Shown: one piece after another, positions 1 through 9,040 of the stretch
How the letters are laid out: the number at the start of each line of letters is the position of its first letter
Position numbering within the stretch: the stretch's first letter is position 1
Virus record (IMG/VR): IMGVR_UViG_3300030107_002792
Length of the DNA stretch: 64,000 bases
Reading direction: 5' to 3' (one strand)
DNA from: an uncultured virus (IMG/VR IMGVR_UViG_3300030107_002792)
Lineage: Duplodnaviria > Heunggongvirae > Uroviricota > Caudoviricetes > Kyanoviridae
The notes under the pieces: generated by a model
Database searches by the model: none
Told to the model about the DNA's origin: nothing
What the model saw: only the letters and a program-made list of their open reading frames with translations
Translations under genes and position numbers: made by a program

Positions 1-114
<114 letters not shown>

Positions 115-140
115 AACCAAAATCACTTTTTGATTCTCAT

Positions 141-172
141 ATACCCCGAAAAAAATTTCGGGGTATTTTTTT
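141..172 (+). terminator. Rho-independent terminator after psbA
   Basis: ATACCCCGAAA-loop-TTTCGGGGTAT followed by a T run. Confidence 0.85.
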
Positions 173-199
173 GTCTATAAGACTTTTCTAAATAGTAGT

Positions 200-457
200 A
201 TGAACCTACCTAAGATTCCCAGTAATCAATTAAGTCCAGAGTTAAAGGAACGATTTGGTGATAAAGATTTAGAATTTGATTCGCTTGTTGACCCTAGAGA
301 TATAATGGACATAGGATTTGATCCCGAAACTCTTCATCGGGAACGTATTCTTATTGGGAAACAAATATTAGAATCTAGAAAAAAACAAGAAGAATATGGA
401 AGAACAACAAAGAAAGGATCTTCGCAGAACAGCGAAGAGATTAATCAAAGTAGCTAA
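200..457 (+). CDS. Hypothetical phage protein
   Basis: 85 aa ORF just after a late-promoter-like CTAAATA. Confidence 0.6.
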   Translation: MNLPKIPSNQLSPELKERFGDKDLEFDSLVDPRDIMDIGFDPETLHRERILIGKQILESRKKQEEYGRTTKKGSSQNSEEINQSS

Positions 458-557
458 GAAACATCCTGAATGGTATTCAGATGATGATGTCAAGTACGCA
501 AAACGTATACGGAAAACCCTAAAGAAATCTAAGGACACCCCTGCAGACAGTTTATAA
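396..557 (+). CDS. Small basic hypothetical protein (53 aa, not in ORF track)
   Basis: Hand-translated MEEQQRKDLRRTAKRLIKVAKKHPEWYSDDDVKYAKRIRKTLKK...; resembles a small protein recalled from cyanomyoviruses. Confidence 0.6.
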   Translation: MEEQQRKDLRRTAKRLIKVAKKHPEWYSDDDVKYAKRIRKTLKKSKDTPADSL

Positions 558-601
558 ACTGGCACACTTGACACTTATGTGAAGTTATGTTATTATAAAT
601 A
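546..601 (+). promoter_or_regulatory. Palindromic motif plus sigma70-type promoter overlapping a T4-type late promoter
   Basis: GACAG-N8-CTGGCAC 546-565; TTGACA 568-573; 17 nt spacer; TATTAT 591-596; TATAAATA 594-601. Confidence 0.75.
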
Positions 602-605
602 AATC

Positions 606-705
606 ATATACAAAGGACTCGAAATAATCGTAACCCTGTGTAGATGCAAACAATTTCCCATGTCGGGGAAGTTATCATCCGCAGGGTTTTTCCCTTGCGA
701 GACAC
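606..705 (+). ncRNA. Structured 5' leader RNA (cis-regulatory candidate)
   Basis: Three consecutive stem-loops plus a possible loop TGTC / downstream GACA pseudoknot between the promoter and the ATG at 718. Confidence 0.55.
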
Positions 706-717
706 TAAAAAACAATC

Positions 718-1110
718 ATGTCTATCAAATCAACAATCGCTGCAGTAGCAGCATCTCCATTCCTTCTCGCTGGTGCAGCTTTTGCTGGTCCTTACGTGAA
801 TGTAGAGAGCAACCTTTCATATCCTGATGGAGATTATTCTTCAGCAGCAACAGATCTTCATATCGGTTATGAAGGAACTGTTTCTGAAGGTAAAGTAGCA
901 TACTACGTACAAGGTGGTCCTTCTCTAAATCATTCTGATTCTACAGATGATACTGAGACAGAACTTTCTGGTAAGATCGGTGCTTCTTTCGCAGTTGCTG
1001 AGTCTACAGACGTATACGGTGAGATCTCTGGTGCTTCTAATGGTGAAGACGCTTCTGGTGACACTGTAGTTGACTGGGGTGCTAAGGTAGGTCTTAAGTT
1101 CGTATTCTAA
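718..1110 (+). CDS. Small outer-membrane beta-barrel-like protein with signal peptide
   Basis: Signal peptide ending AAFA, amphipathic strands, C-terminal KVGLKFVF with terminal Phe. Confidence 0.7.
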   Translation: MSIKSTIAAVAASPFLLAGAAFAGPYVNVESNLSYPDGDYSSAATDLHIGYEGTVSEGKVAYYVQGGPSLNHSDSTDDTETELSGKIGASFAVAESTDVYGEISGASNGEDASGDTVVDWGAKVGLKFVF

Positions 1111-1136
1111 GATACGGTTTTAATACATATCTAAAT

Positions 1137-1162
1137 AAAGGGTGGCAAGTCCACCCTTTTTT
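1137..1162 (+). terminator. Rho-independent terminator
   Basis: AAAGGGTGG-caagt-CCACCCTTT then T run. Confidence 0.85.
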
Positions 1163-1179
1163 ATTGTTCTAAAATGCAT

Positions 1180-1416
1180 ATGAATTTTACGGTTTACTCC
1201 AAGGACGGTTGTCCTTACTGCGAAAAGATCAAGACTGTGCTTGATGGTAAAGGATATAATTATGCAGAGTATAAATTGGGGGTTGACTTTGAAAGCAAAG
1301 CATTCTATGATCAGTTCGGTGAAGGATCTTCATTTCCTCAAGTCGTACTCGGTTCCGAGAATTTGGGTGGATGCACAGATGCTGTCAAATACCTTCGAGC
1401 AAAACAACTGATCTAA
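1180..1416 (+). CDS. nrdC: Glutaredoxin
   Basis: YSKDGCPYC active site, SFPQV and LGGCTD motifs. Confidence 0.92.
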   Translation: MNFTVYSKDGCPYCEKIKTVLDGKGYNYAEYKLGVDFESKAFYDQFGEGSSFPQVVLGSENLGGCTDAVKYLRAKQLI

Positions 1417-1418
1417 AC

Positions 1419-1766
1419 ATGGATGATCTTTATGAATTAGTTGAGAAAGCAGTTGATTGTGCTTTCAAAGATGACAAATATCTATTTAAGTGCTATAATT
1501 ACTTGCAGTCAACCAAGGCTACTCGTTCTTATACTAGAAAATTCATTGAATCTTCTACGGCAGGGAACATTGCCTTGACTATAGCAGACCTAGATGCTTA
1601 CATAAAAGGAGGTTCGGATAACGACCACAAGGTTTTAAGAGAGGCTTATGGTTATCTCGGTAAACCTAGAGCAAGAAAGATAAGATCCTATCTTTATAGT
1701 ATCTTACATGATGCATGGCAATACGAGATTGATCGTAAACCAGGCCGTAAGAAACGTTCTAAATAA
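1419..1766 (+). CDS. Conserved cyanophage hypothetical protein
   Basis: ATG at 1419 (MDDLYELVEK); LREAYGYLGKPRARKI motif; basic tail. Confidence 0.75.
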   Translation: MDDLYELVEKAVDCAFKDDKYLFKCYNYLQSTKATRSYTRKFIESSTAGNIALTIADLDAYIKGGSDNDHKVLREAYGYLGKPRARKIRSYLYSILHDAWQYEIDRKPGRKKRSK

Positions 1767-1821
1767 GTTTAGAGTTCTATAAAGGAGGTTTCTACTGTAA
1801 ACACTATCACGGAGGAAACCA

Positions 1822-2058
1822 ATGGAAATTGCACTTGTTGTACTAACTGTTATCGGTGCTTTTATACTAGGAATAACTGTATCATGGTTAGCAAAAGGAT
1901 ACGTTGAAGATTACATCGAAAACGCTGCCTATGCTAAGTCCGTTACTCACCCAGAAATGCTGGATGAGGAAGGAAACATTATTCATGATGAACTTATCTA
2001 CATCCGACCAGAAAAACGTTACTGGGAGGAGTTTGATACAGAAGATGATGAGGATTAA
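1822..2058 (+). CDS. Hypothetical single-pass membrane protein
   Basis: GGAGG SD, N-terminal TM helix, HPEMLDEEG motif. Confidence 0.75.
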   Translation: MEIALVVLTVIGAFILGITVSWLAKGYVEDYIENAAYAKSVTHPEMLDEEGNIIHDELIYIRPEKRYWEEFDTEDDED

Positions 2059-2060
2059 TT

Positions 2061-2528
2061 ATGCCCACCAAAACACTTGAAAATAGTAACTCACGGTTAC
2101 TTATCAGCGAGATCTTACGCAAGGTCTCCAATGCAAAAACAAAAGCTGAGAAGATTAAACTTCTTAGGGATAATAATAGCGTTGCTTTACGGCAACTTAT
2201 GATTATCAATTTCGATGAGAGTATAATCTCTGAGATACCTGAAGGGGAAGTTCCCTACACACCTAATGATGCACCTGTAGGAACGGATCATACTCGCTTA
2301 GAGTCTGAGTACCGTGGTCTGTATAGGTTCTTTAAAGGTGGTGATAACACCATCAAACCATTGAAGCGAGAGACTATGTTCATTCAATTACTTGAAGGAC
2401 TATCTGCTGAAGAGGCAGAACTCTTATGCTTAGTTAAAGATGGTAACCTTTCTCAAAAGTATAAACGTATTACTAAAGCAGTAATCACTGAAGCATTCCC
2501 TACAATAGAATGGGGTAACAGAAGTTAA
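2061..2528 (+). CDS. Conserved T4-like hypothetical protein
   Basis: PEGEVPY and KRETMFIQLLEGL motifs typical of marine T4-like phages. Confidence 0.8.
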   Translation: MPTKTLENSNSRLLISEILRKVSNAKTKAEKIKLLRDNNSVALRQLMIINFDESIISEIPEGEVPYTPNDAPVGTDHTRLESEYRGLYRFFKGGDNTIKPLKRETMFIQLLEGLSAEEAELLCLVKDGNLSQKYKRITKAVITEAFPTIEWGNRS

Positions 2529-2797
2529 TGCAAGTCATTAAACAAGATTGTAAGAAAGAAGAAGGGAACGATCCTAAACTTCCTTACACATGTTACATAG
2601 TAACATACAAAGTAGATGGTGAAGAAAAGTATGATCTGACTGTTGCCCAAAAGGAAGCAGATCTTTTTGATTATTATTATGATCTATACAAAAAAGATTT
2701 CGTTACTTTTAAACAGTCTGGTGGATTAGCTAATCCTAAGCTATGGAATTATCAATCACCAAAACCAGTAAAACCTAAAGGTAAAAGAAATGAGTAG
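2528..2797 (+). CDS. Hypothetical cyanophage protein
   Basis: 89 aa, TAATG coupling to the upstream gene. Confidence 0.7.
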   Translation: MQVIKQDCKKEEGNDPKLPYTCYIVTYKVDGEEKYDLTVAQKEADLFDYYYDLYKKDFVTFKQSGGLANPKLWNYQSPKPVKPKGKRNE

Positions 2798-3035
2798 TAT
2801 TTACAACGGATACAAAAACCCAGCTAACTTATCAGAAGAAGAGAAGAATCAACAAGCACTAAGAGGTCTTGGTGCTCTCATTACATTCTTTGTTAAACCT
2901 GTTATTGTTAGGTGGTTGTGGAATTGGTTAGGTATTACAGCATTAGGACTTAGTTCTCTTACATACCTACAAGCACTAGCTTTATGCTGGTTGATATCAT
3001 TATTGTTTAGTACCCAAAAGGATGAAAGTAAGTAA
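2790..3035 (+). CDS. Hypothetical membrane protein
   Basis: Two hydrophobic segments, WLWNW motif. Confidence 0.65.
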   Translation: MSSIYNGYKNPANLSEEEKNQQALRGLGALITFFVKPVIVRWLWNWLGITALGLSSLTYLQALALCWLISLLFSTQKDESK

Positions 3036-3654
3036 GGTAACTGTTACCCCTGACGCAGAAAAAACTATAGGATATGTCGCAAGAGTATCCAATCCTAAGA
3101 ACCAAGAGAACCCAAAGGTCTCTGGTCTTTTGTCCTATTGTATTAAGCATGGACATTGGAGTGTTTTTGAACAGGCACATCTTACTCTAGAGATTGAAAC
3201 TACTAGAGGATTAGCAGCACAGATCTTAAGACATAGATCATTTACGTTTCAGGAATTCTCTCAGAGATATGCGGACACTAATCTATTGGCAGATGAGATC
3301 CCTATGTTTGATCTCAGACATCAGGACACTAAGAATAGACAGAATAGTACGGATGATGTACCAGCAAACAAGAAGGCAGACCTTCAGGAAAAGATCGCAG
3401 AACACTTTGTTGAAGCGATGGATCTATACAATGAACTCCTCGCTTCAGGTATTGCGAAGGAGTGTGCGAGATTTGTTCTCCCGTTAGCAACACCTACACG
3501 ATTGTATATGACTGGTAGTATTCGTTCATGGATACACTACATAGATTTACGTTCTGCACATGGTACTCAAAAGGAACACATGGATATAGTAGAACAGTGT
3601 AGGAATATATTTAAGGAAGAGTTTCCAATTACATCAGAGGCACTAGGATGGTAG
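3022..3654 (+). CDS. thyX: Flavin-dependent thymidylate synthase
   Basis: HWSVFEQ and QILRHRSFTFQEFSQRY (RHRx7S) motifs, TQKEH. Confidence 0.96.
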   Translation: MKVSKVTVTPDAEKTIGYVARVSNPKNQENPKVSGLLSYCIKHGHWSVFEQAHLTLEIETTRGLAAQILRHRSFTFQEFSQRYADTNLLADEIPMFDLRHQDTKNRQNSTDDVPANKKADLQEKIAEHFVEAMDLYNELLASGIAKECARFVLPLATPTRLYMTGSIRSWIHYIDLRSAHGTQKEHMDIVEQCRNIFKEEFPITSEALGW

Positions 3655-4331
3655 TAGCATTTTCAAAACAGATTAAGGATGGTACTAAAGAGTCTCATTC
3701 AGCAGCAGAGAATACAAAGTTTGTTGGTGGGTTTCTTCGTGGTGTATTAGATCCAGAAGAGTATCGTAAGTTACTTACTAACTTCTGGTATGTTTATGAC
3801 ACAATGGAACAGAGGATTGAAGAATCTAATGATCCTATTGTAAATGTGTTGAAGAAATGGTCTGTTGATTTGAATCGCACAGCTTCTCTTGAACAAGATC
3901 TTAGATATTTTTATGGTCCTATGTGGAGGGAACAACAGATACCTTCACAAGCTTGTAATACATATTGTTATAGGATCAACGAGGTAGCAGAGAAGGATCC
4001 CTATCTGCTGGTGGCACATCATTATACACGTTATATTGGTGACCTATCTGGTGGACAGATCCTTAAGGGGATAGCAGAGAAGGCATTAAGACCACCTGTA
4101 GGTGAAGGATTAAATTTCTATGACTTCCCTAAGATTGAAGATGCTAAGGCATGGAAAGATAGTTATCGTGAAACTTTAGATGGAATGGGATTCACAGAAC
4201 AGCAAAAGAGTGCTATAATATCAGAAGCAAATCACGCATTCAGTCTTAACATGTATTTGTTTGATGAAATACACGGGAACGCTTTCAAGGGTTTCTTTAA
4301 AGTTATAGTAGGTCTTTTAGGAGGTAAGTAA
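3648..4331 (+). CDS. ho1: Heme oxygenase (biliverdin-producing)
   Basis: TKESHSAAE proximal His; AHHYTRYIGDLSGGQIL signature. Confidence 0.95.
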   Translation: MVVAFSKQIKDGTKESHSAAENTKFVGGFLRGVLDPEEYRKLLTNFWYVYDTMEQRIEESNDPIVNVLKKWSVDLNRTASLEQDLRYFYGPMWREQQIPSQACNTYCYRINEVAEKDPYLLVAHHYTRYIGDLSGGQILKGIAEKALRPPVGEGLNFYDFPKIEDAKAWKDSYRETLDGMGFTEQQKSAIISEANHAFSLNMYLFDEIHGNAFKGFFKVIVGLLGGK

Positions 4332-4561
4332 TGCCAACATATCCAGTAATAAATAAAAATACTCAAGAGAAGAAAGAACTCAACATGAGTATGAAAGATT
4401 ATGATCAGTGGAGAAAGGACAATCCCGACTGGGATAAGGACTGGTCTCAAGGAACTGGTGGTGTCACTTATGGTACACCTAAAGCTGAAGATGGATTTAA
4501 AGAAGTGATGTCTAAAGTCCAACAGCATCATCCAACTGCAAACCTGTCGAGGTTTACTTAA
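4331..4561 (+). CDS. Conserved cyanophage protein upstream of phoH (MPTY start, FmdB-like)
   Basis: MPTYP N-terminus, DGFKEVMSKV motif. Confidence 0.7.
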   Translation: MPTYPVINKNTQEKKELNMSMKDYDQWRKDNPDWDKDWSQGTGGVTYGTPKAEDGFKEVMSKVQQHHPTANLSRFT

Positions 4562-4562
4562 T

Positions 4563-5336
4563 ATGACAAGAGCGAGAAAGAAAACTAATGGGAATGGAAA
4601 CGGTGATAAACCTCTCCAACCTATGTCCAAGAAGCAGATGAAGAGAAAGAAACCTATTGATTCGTCATACATGACAGAGATCAAACCGTTGACTGATAAT
4701 CAAACGGTGGTTTTTGATGCTTATAAAGAAGGTAAGAATATATTATTGCATGGTGCTGCTGGAACAGGTAAGACTTTTATTACACTTTACCTCGCTCTAA
4801 AAGAAGTACTTGACATTACTACACCATATGATAAAATAGTTATTGTAAGGTCATTAGTACCTACGAGAGAAATTGGTTTCCTACCTGGAGATCATGAGGA
4901 TAAATCCTATCTCTATCAGATACCATACAAGAACATGGTTAGATACATGTTTAGTATGCCTGATGATAACTCATTCCAAATGCTATATGATAACCTCCGA
5001 GCACAAGAAACTATTGACTTCTGGTCTACAAGTTTTATTCGCGGTGTTACCCTTGATAGTACTATTGTTATTGTAGATGAGTTTAGTAATTTAAATTTCC
5101 ATGAACTTGATTCAATGATCACTCGCATAGGTGAGGACTCTAAGATCATGTTCTGTGGTGACATTACTCAAACTGATCTTACTCGTGAGCATGAGAAGTC
5201 AGGCATCTCAGACTTCATTAGAATCTTAAACAACATGGATAAAGATTTTAAGTGTGTTGAATTTGGTATAGAAGATATTGTCCGTTCAGGTCTCGTTAGA
5301 TCTTATCTCATATCAAAATATAATTTAGGTTTCTAA
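4563..5336 (+). CDS. phoH: PhoH-family ATPase
   Basis: GAAGTGKT Walker A, REIGFLPG, RGVTLD, VDE, GDITQTD. Confidence 0.96.
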   Translation: MTRARKKTNGNGNGDKPLQPMSKKQMKRKKPIDSSYMTEIKPLTDNQTVVFDAYKEGKNILLHGAAGTGKTFITLYLALKEVLDITTPYDKIVIVRSLVPTREIGFLPGDHEDKSYLYQIPYKNMVRYMFSMPDDNSFQMLYDNLRAQETIDFWSTSFIRGVTLDSTIVIVDEFSNLNFHELDSMITRIGEDSKIMFCGDITQTDLTREHEKSGISDFIRILNNMDKDFKCVEFGIEDIVRSGLVRSYLISKYNLGF

Positions 5337-6017
5337 ATGACTTTTACCTTTGTTGATGTTGACCTCAAAGTTCCAGAGGTTGATCCTGTGAACCAAGATG
5401 GAATTAGATTCTATCCTATACCTGGAGCTGATAAATATTATCCAAGCGTTACCTCAATCACATCGTTTAAGAACGCAGCATTCTTCAAAAATTGGAGAAA
5501 GAAAATAGGTGAAGAAGAGGCGAATCGTATTACCAATAGAGCAACTCAACGAGGAACAGCATTCCATAGTATCACTGAAGATTATGTCAAAGGTGAATTA
5601 AATCTAGACATTTACTTGGCAAATAACCCATTATCTGTTAGAATGTTTCAATCGGCAAGGTCTACACTAGATAGGATCGATAAGATTCATTGTCTAGAGA
5701 CCTTCCTTTACTCACACTATCTTGGTCTCGCTGGTCGGGTGGACTGTATAGGTGAGTTCGACGGAGAGTTGGCGGTAATCGATTTTAAAACTTCTACTAA
5801 AGAGAAACAAGAAAACTACATTGAACATTACTTTGTTCAAGAGACTGCATACGCAGCAATGTTTCTCGAACGTTCAGGAATTGAGGTTAAGAAAATTGTC
5901 ACACTCATTGCAACCGAAGAAGGATCTGTTCAAGTGTTTCAGAAGTACAATCTTGATGACTATTTACAATTACTCAAGTCCTACATTGAAGAATTTGTTA
6001 GGGGAAGAAATGCCTAA
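5337..6017 (+). CDS. PD-(D/E)XK exonuclease (Cas4/RecB-like phage exonuclease)
   Basis: YPSVTS, RGTAFH, AGRVDC...IDFKT, QETAYA. Confidence 0.9.
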   Translation: MTFTFVDVDLKVPEVDPVNQDGIRFYPIPGADKYYPSVTSITSFKNAAFFKNWRKKIGEEEANRITNRATQRGTAFHSITEDYVKGELNLDIYLANNPLSVRMFQSARSTLDRIDKIHCLETFLYSHYLGLAGRVDCIGEFDGELAVIDFKTSTKEKQENYIEHYFVQETAYAAMFLERSGIEVKKIVTLIATEEGSVQVFQKYNLDDYLQLLKSYIEEFVRGRNA

Positions 6018-6264
6018 AGAAAAAGCATTAGATGAAAATTTTTTAACCCCTACGAAATTCTCTCAGGAGATTGAAAGGTTAGTTAAAAAAAGCAACGGTC
6101 TAATCACATACATTGAAGCAGTAGTAACCTACTGTCAAGAGAATGAAGTGGAGATTGAAACCGTTCCAAAATTATTAAACAAACCATTGAAGGAACGATT
6201 GCGTCATGAGGCACAACGTTTAAACTATATGAAAGTCTCGTCTAAAGGAGTCTTGCCATTGTGA
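6010..6264 (+). CDS. gp33: Late promoter transcription coactivator gp33
   Basis: Likely start ATG 6010; FSQEIE...YIEAVVTYC...LKERLRHEA; position before gp59 and gp32. Confidence 0.85.
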   Translation: MPKEKALDENFLTPTKFSQEIERLVKKSNGLITYIEAVVTYCQENEVEIETVPKLLNKPLKERLRHEAQRLNYMKVSSKGVLPL

Positions 6265-6860
6265 CAGGATTTGAAGTGTATAAAACTTATCTTGCTCTCA
6301 AACAACACTTCACTAAACAAAATTATGACTACATAAAGTATAACGGTAAAGTCCGAGCGAATGAAAAATCATTTGAAGAAAGACGAGACCGTTATTTTTT
6401 TAAGAAGTTAGCAGTAAAGTATTCTGATGATGAGATCTTAAAGTATTTTGTTGCTAATTTTATAACAAATCCAAAAGGTTACTTGAGATCATTTAGTGAT
6501 GATATCTACACCGAATGGAAGATACATCAAGAATCATTTGCCTATAAATTTAAACAGGATGTACATTATCTTTTAGATGATTACACAGCACCTTATCAAT
6601 TAGCATTTGATGAGATCTTTACAGTAGATAATGGACAGCATCCTAAACTTCTGAGACATTATCTTGCTGATGATATATCATTAGAAACTCTTGTTGTTTT
6701 TGAAGCATGTCTTGGATTTGTTAAGGATTTTGATAAGGTATTATCAGATCCTATTTGGAAAGATATTAGAATGAAAATCATTAAGTATCTTCCCTTTATT
6801 AAATTAGATTGTAATGTTTATAGAACCAGTATCCTAAGCACTATCAGTAATAAACTATGA
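6261..6860 (+). CDS. gp59: Helicase loader gp59
   Basis: YLALKQHF...YDYIKYNGK...RRDRYFFKKL; ISLETL. Confidence 0.92.
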   Translation: MTGFEVYKTYLALKQHFTKQNYDYIKYNGKVRANEKSFEERRDRYFFKKLAVKYSDDEILKYFVANFITNPKGYLRSFSDDIYTEWKIHQESFAYKFKQDVHYLLDDYTAPYQLAFDEIFTVDNGQHPKLLRHYLADDISLETLVVFEACLGFVKDFDKVLSDPIWKDIRMKIIKYLPFIKLDCNVYRTSILSTISNKL

Positions 6861-7180
6861 CATTCTTTGAATCAGATCAAGTACAAGAAAATTTACAAGA
6901 TATATTTTCTACTTATCAGAATATTGCATCAATGACTGCTCAACTATCTACTATGGATAGGGAAACAAAGTTGGAACATATTGATCAGTGTAAGGGGTTG
7001 GTGGATAAACAGAAAACATTTTATGCAAGGTTGTGTCTTGCCTCTACAACAGGTGATACCGAGGCAGCAGACATGAAGATGAGGATCAATGCCATGTCCA
7101 ATGCATTTGGATATGCTGACCTTTCAGCATGTATGGATGCCATGATAAAGACCTTAGAGAACGCAGCACGTAATGCTTGA
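6857..7180 (+). CDS. DUF1825-like cyanobacterial/cyanophage protein
   Basis: FFESDQVQ start and KQKTFYARL motif; between gp59 and gp32. Confidence 0.7.
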   Translation: MTFFESDQVQENLQDIFSTYQNIASMTAQLSTMDRETKLEHIDQCKGLVDKQKTFYARLCLASTTGDTEAADMKMRINAMSNAFGYADLSACMDAMIKTLENAARNA

Positions 7181-7205
7181 CACCTTATAAATAGTATGCT
7201 ACGAT
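7177..7205 (+). promoter_or_regulatory. Nested sigma70-type and late promoters for gp32
   Basis: TTGACA 7177-7182, 17 nt, TACGAT 7200-7205; TATAAATA 7186-7193 inside the spacer. Confidence 0.7.
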
Positions 7206-7246
7206 TACACAGTAGCATTAATACACTCAATACGGAGAATACGATT

Positions 7247-8158
7247 ATGTCTTTTGCTTCTTTGAAGAAAGCCAGTGGTAGCAATTCACTTGCTAAACTG
7301 ACACAAGAGATAGAAAAACTAAACCAACCTCAACAGACAGGTGCTGATGAGCGTTTATGGAAACCAGAACTTGATAAATCAGGTAATGGTTTTGCTGTTA
7401 TTAGGTTCCTACCAGCACCCGATGGCGAAGAAATGCCTTGGGCAAAGGTCTGGAGTCATGCCTTTAAAGGACCAGCAGGTCAGTGGTACATCGAGAACTC
7501 TCTTACTACATTAGGTAAGGATGATCCCGTTGGAGAACTGAACAGAGAACTCTGGAACAGTGGCAGAGATGAAGACAAAGCAGTTGCTAGAGCACAGAAG
7601 CGTAAGCTTTCTTACTACTCTAACATCTATGTTGTGTCTGATCCAGCACACCCAGAGAATGAAGGAAGAGTCTTCTTATATAAGTATGGTAAGAAAATCT
7701 TTGACAAATTAGTCGAAGCAATGCAACCTGCTTTTGCAGACGAGACTCCTATTGATCCATTTGACTTATGGAAGGGTGCAGATTTTAAACTTAAGATCCG
7801 CAAACTAGACGGTTATTGGAATTATGATAAGTCTGAGTTCGCTAATCCTAGTACTCTAGGTAACTTAGATGATGAAAAGTTAGAGTCCATATGGAAAGGA
7901 TGTTATTCACTCGCTGAGTTTGAAGCTGCTAAGAATTTCAAGTCTTACGAGCAATTAAAAGCACGTTTGACACTTGTTCTTGGAAGACCCTCTGCATCAA
8001 CACCAGTTGATCAAGAGACAGTAGAAAATGAGAGTGAGTCACGAGGAAATTGGGGTCAAGAGGTATCCGAATTCCGTCAGAAAGCAGTTGCTGCTTCTCC
8101 TGTAGAATCTGAAGAAGATACTCTTTCTTACTTTGCTAAACTAGCAGAGGAAGACTGA
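7247..8158 (+). CDS. gp32: Single-stranded DNA-binding protein gp32
   Basis: MSFASLKK start after GGAG; GNGFAVIRFLP, WYIENSLTT, YKYGKKIFDK; acidic tail. Confidence 0.97.
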   Translation: MSFASLKKASGSNSLAKLTQEIEKLNQPQQTGADERLWKPELDKSGNGFAVIRFLPAPDGEEMPWAKVWSHAFKGPAGQWYIENSLTTLGKDDPVGELNRELWNSGRDEDKAVARAQKRKLSYYSNIYVVSDPAHPENEGRVFLYKYGKKIFDKLVEAMQPAFADETPIDPFDLWKGADFKLKIRKLDGYWNYDKSEFANPSTLGNLDDEKLESIWKGCYSLAEFEAAKNFKSYEQLKARLTLVLGRPSASTPVDQETVENESESRGNWGQEVSEFRQKAVAASPVESEEDTLSYFAKLAEED

Positions 8159-8165
8159 TTATAAA

Positions 8166-8209
8166 CTGTCACAAGGGGAGGTTGCAAGACCTTCCCTTTG
8201 TGCTATAAT
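8166..8209 (+). promoter_or_regulatory. Terminator hairpin overlapping an early-type promoter
   Basis: CTGTCAC half-site; AAGGGGAGGT/ACCTTCCCTT hairpin with TTGCAA at the loop; TGnTATAAT 8201-8209. Confidence 0.65.
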
Positions 8210-8231
8210 ATAAACATATTAAAGGAGAATT

Positions 8232-8639
8232 ATGAAAGTTGCACTCGCTGCTGCATTATTACTAGGTTCACTTCCAGTGAACGCAGATGAGTATCAACCA
8301 GGTTACTCTGCTAGTAGAACTTGTGTTAAGACTGAGTACAGAGAAGAATATGTACCTGGATCACAAGAAAACCCTGGTTATGTAAAGAGTTGGTCAGAAC
8401 AAGTTGAAGTTCCATGTGAACCTTGGCAAAGAAGTAGATACCCTTCTGACAGACCAGCATACCGCAGACATGTTACTGTCTATGAAGACACTAATGATTG
8501 TTCAGATGGAGCAGTGCTTGGTGGTATTCTAGGTGGTGGTGCGGGTGCAGCACTGTCTCAAGGTGATGGTCGCTGGTGGGCAATACCATTAGGAATTGTT
8601 GGAGGTTCGATAATCGGTTGCGATATTGATGGGGGATAA
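8232..8639 (+). CDS. Exported protein with C-terminal glycine zipper
   Basis: Signal peptide; GAVLGGILGGGAGAALS...GIVGGSIIG. Confidence 0.75.
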   Translation: MKVALAAALLLGSLPVNADEYQPGYSASRTCVKTEYREEYVPGSQENPGYVKSWSEQVEVPCEPWQRSRYPSDRPAYRRHVTVYEDTNDCSDGAVLGGILGGGAGAALSQGDGRWWAIPLGIVGGSIIGCDIDGG

Positions 8640-8641
8640 GT

Positions 8642-8950
8642 ATGGATCAACATGATATACCCATCTTAGGAAATTTTTATACTAAATCTGAAGTAGATAA
8701 GATGGTTGCTGATGCTCTTGCTGAGGCACGAGCAATCGATGAAGAATCCATGAGGAAACATAACCGAGATGCTACTATCATTAGTATGATTCTTGGTTTT
8801 ACTACGTTGGCACTATTCATTGATGGATTATTAAGAATCCTTGGTATCATCCCTCCTTTTATGGATCTAGATGTAAATGTGATTGATGATATTATAGATA
8901 AGGTTGAGTCAGATATTTTACCTTTAGTAAACAAAATCCCTCGCATCTAA
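8642..8950 (+). CDS. Hypothetical membrane protein
   Basis: TM segment; DGLLRILGIIPPFMDLDV motif. Confidence 0.7.
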   Translation: MDQHDIPILGNFYTKSEVDKMVADALAEARAIDEESMRKHNRDATIISMILGFTTLALFIDGLLRILGIIPPFMDLDVNVIDDIIDKVESDILPLVNKIPRI

Positions 8951-8956
8951 TTTATC

Positions 8957-9037
8957 ATGGTTTATTTTATCGGATTCCTTATGGTTGTTACCATTTGTTT
9001 GTTCGTATATTATCTCGGTCTTTATAATCCGCACTAG
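8957..9037 (+). CDS. Tiny hydrophobic peptide (26 aa)
   Basis: MVYFIGFLMVVTICLFVYYLGLYNPH fills the gap between neighbours. Confidence 0.45.
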   Translation: MVYFIGFLMVVTICLFVYYLGLYNPH

Positions 9038-9040
9038 AAC

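Noticed and set aside
5337..6017. Cas4-like nuclease as evidence of CRISPR
   Set aside because: It is the ordinary T4-like exonuclease in the conserved phoH-exo-gp33-gp59 block
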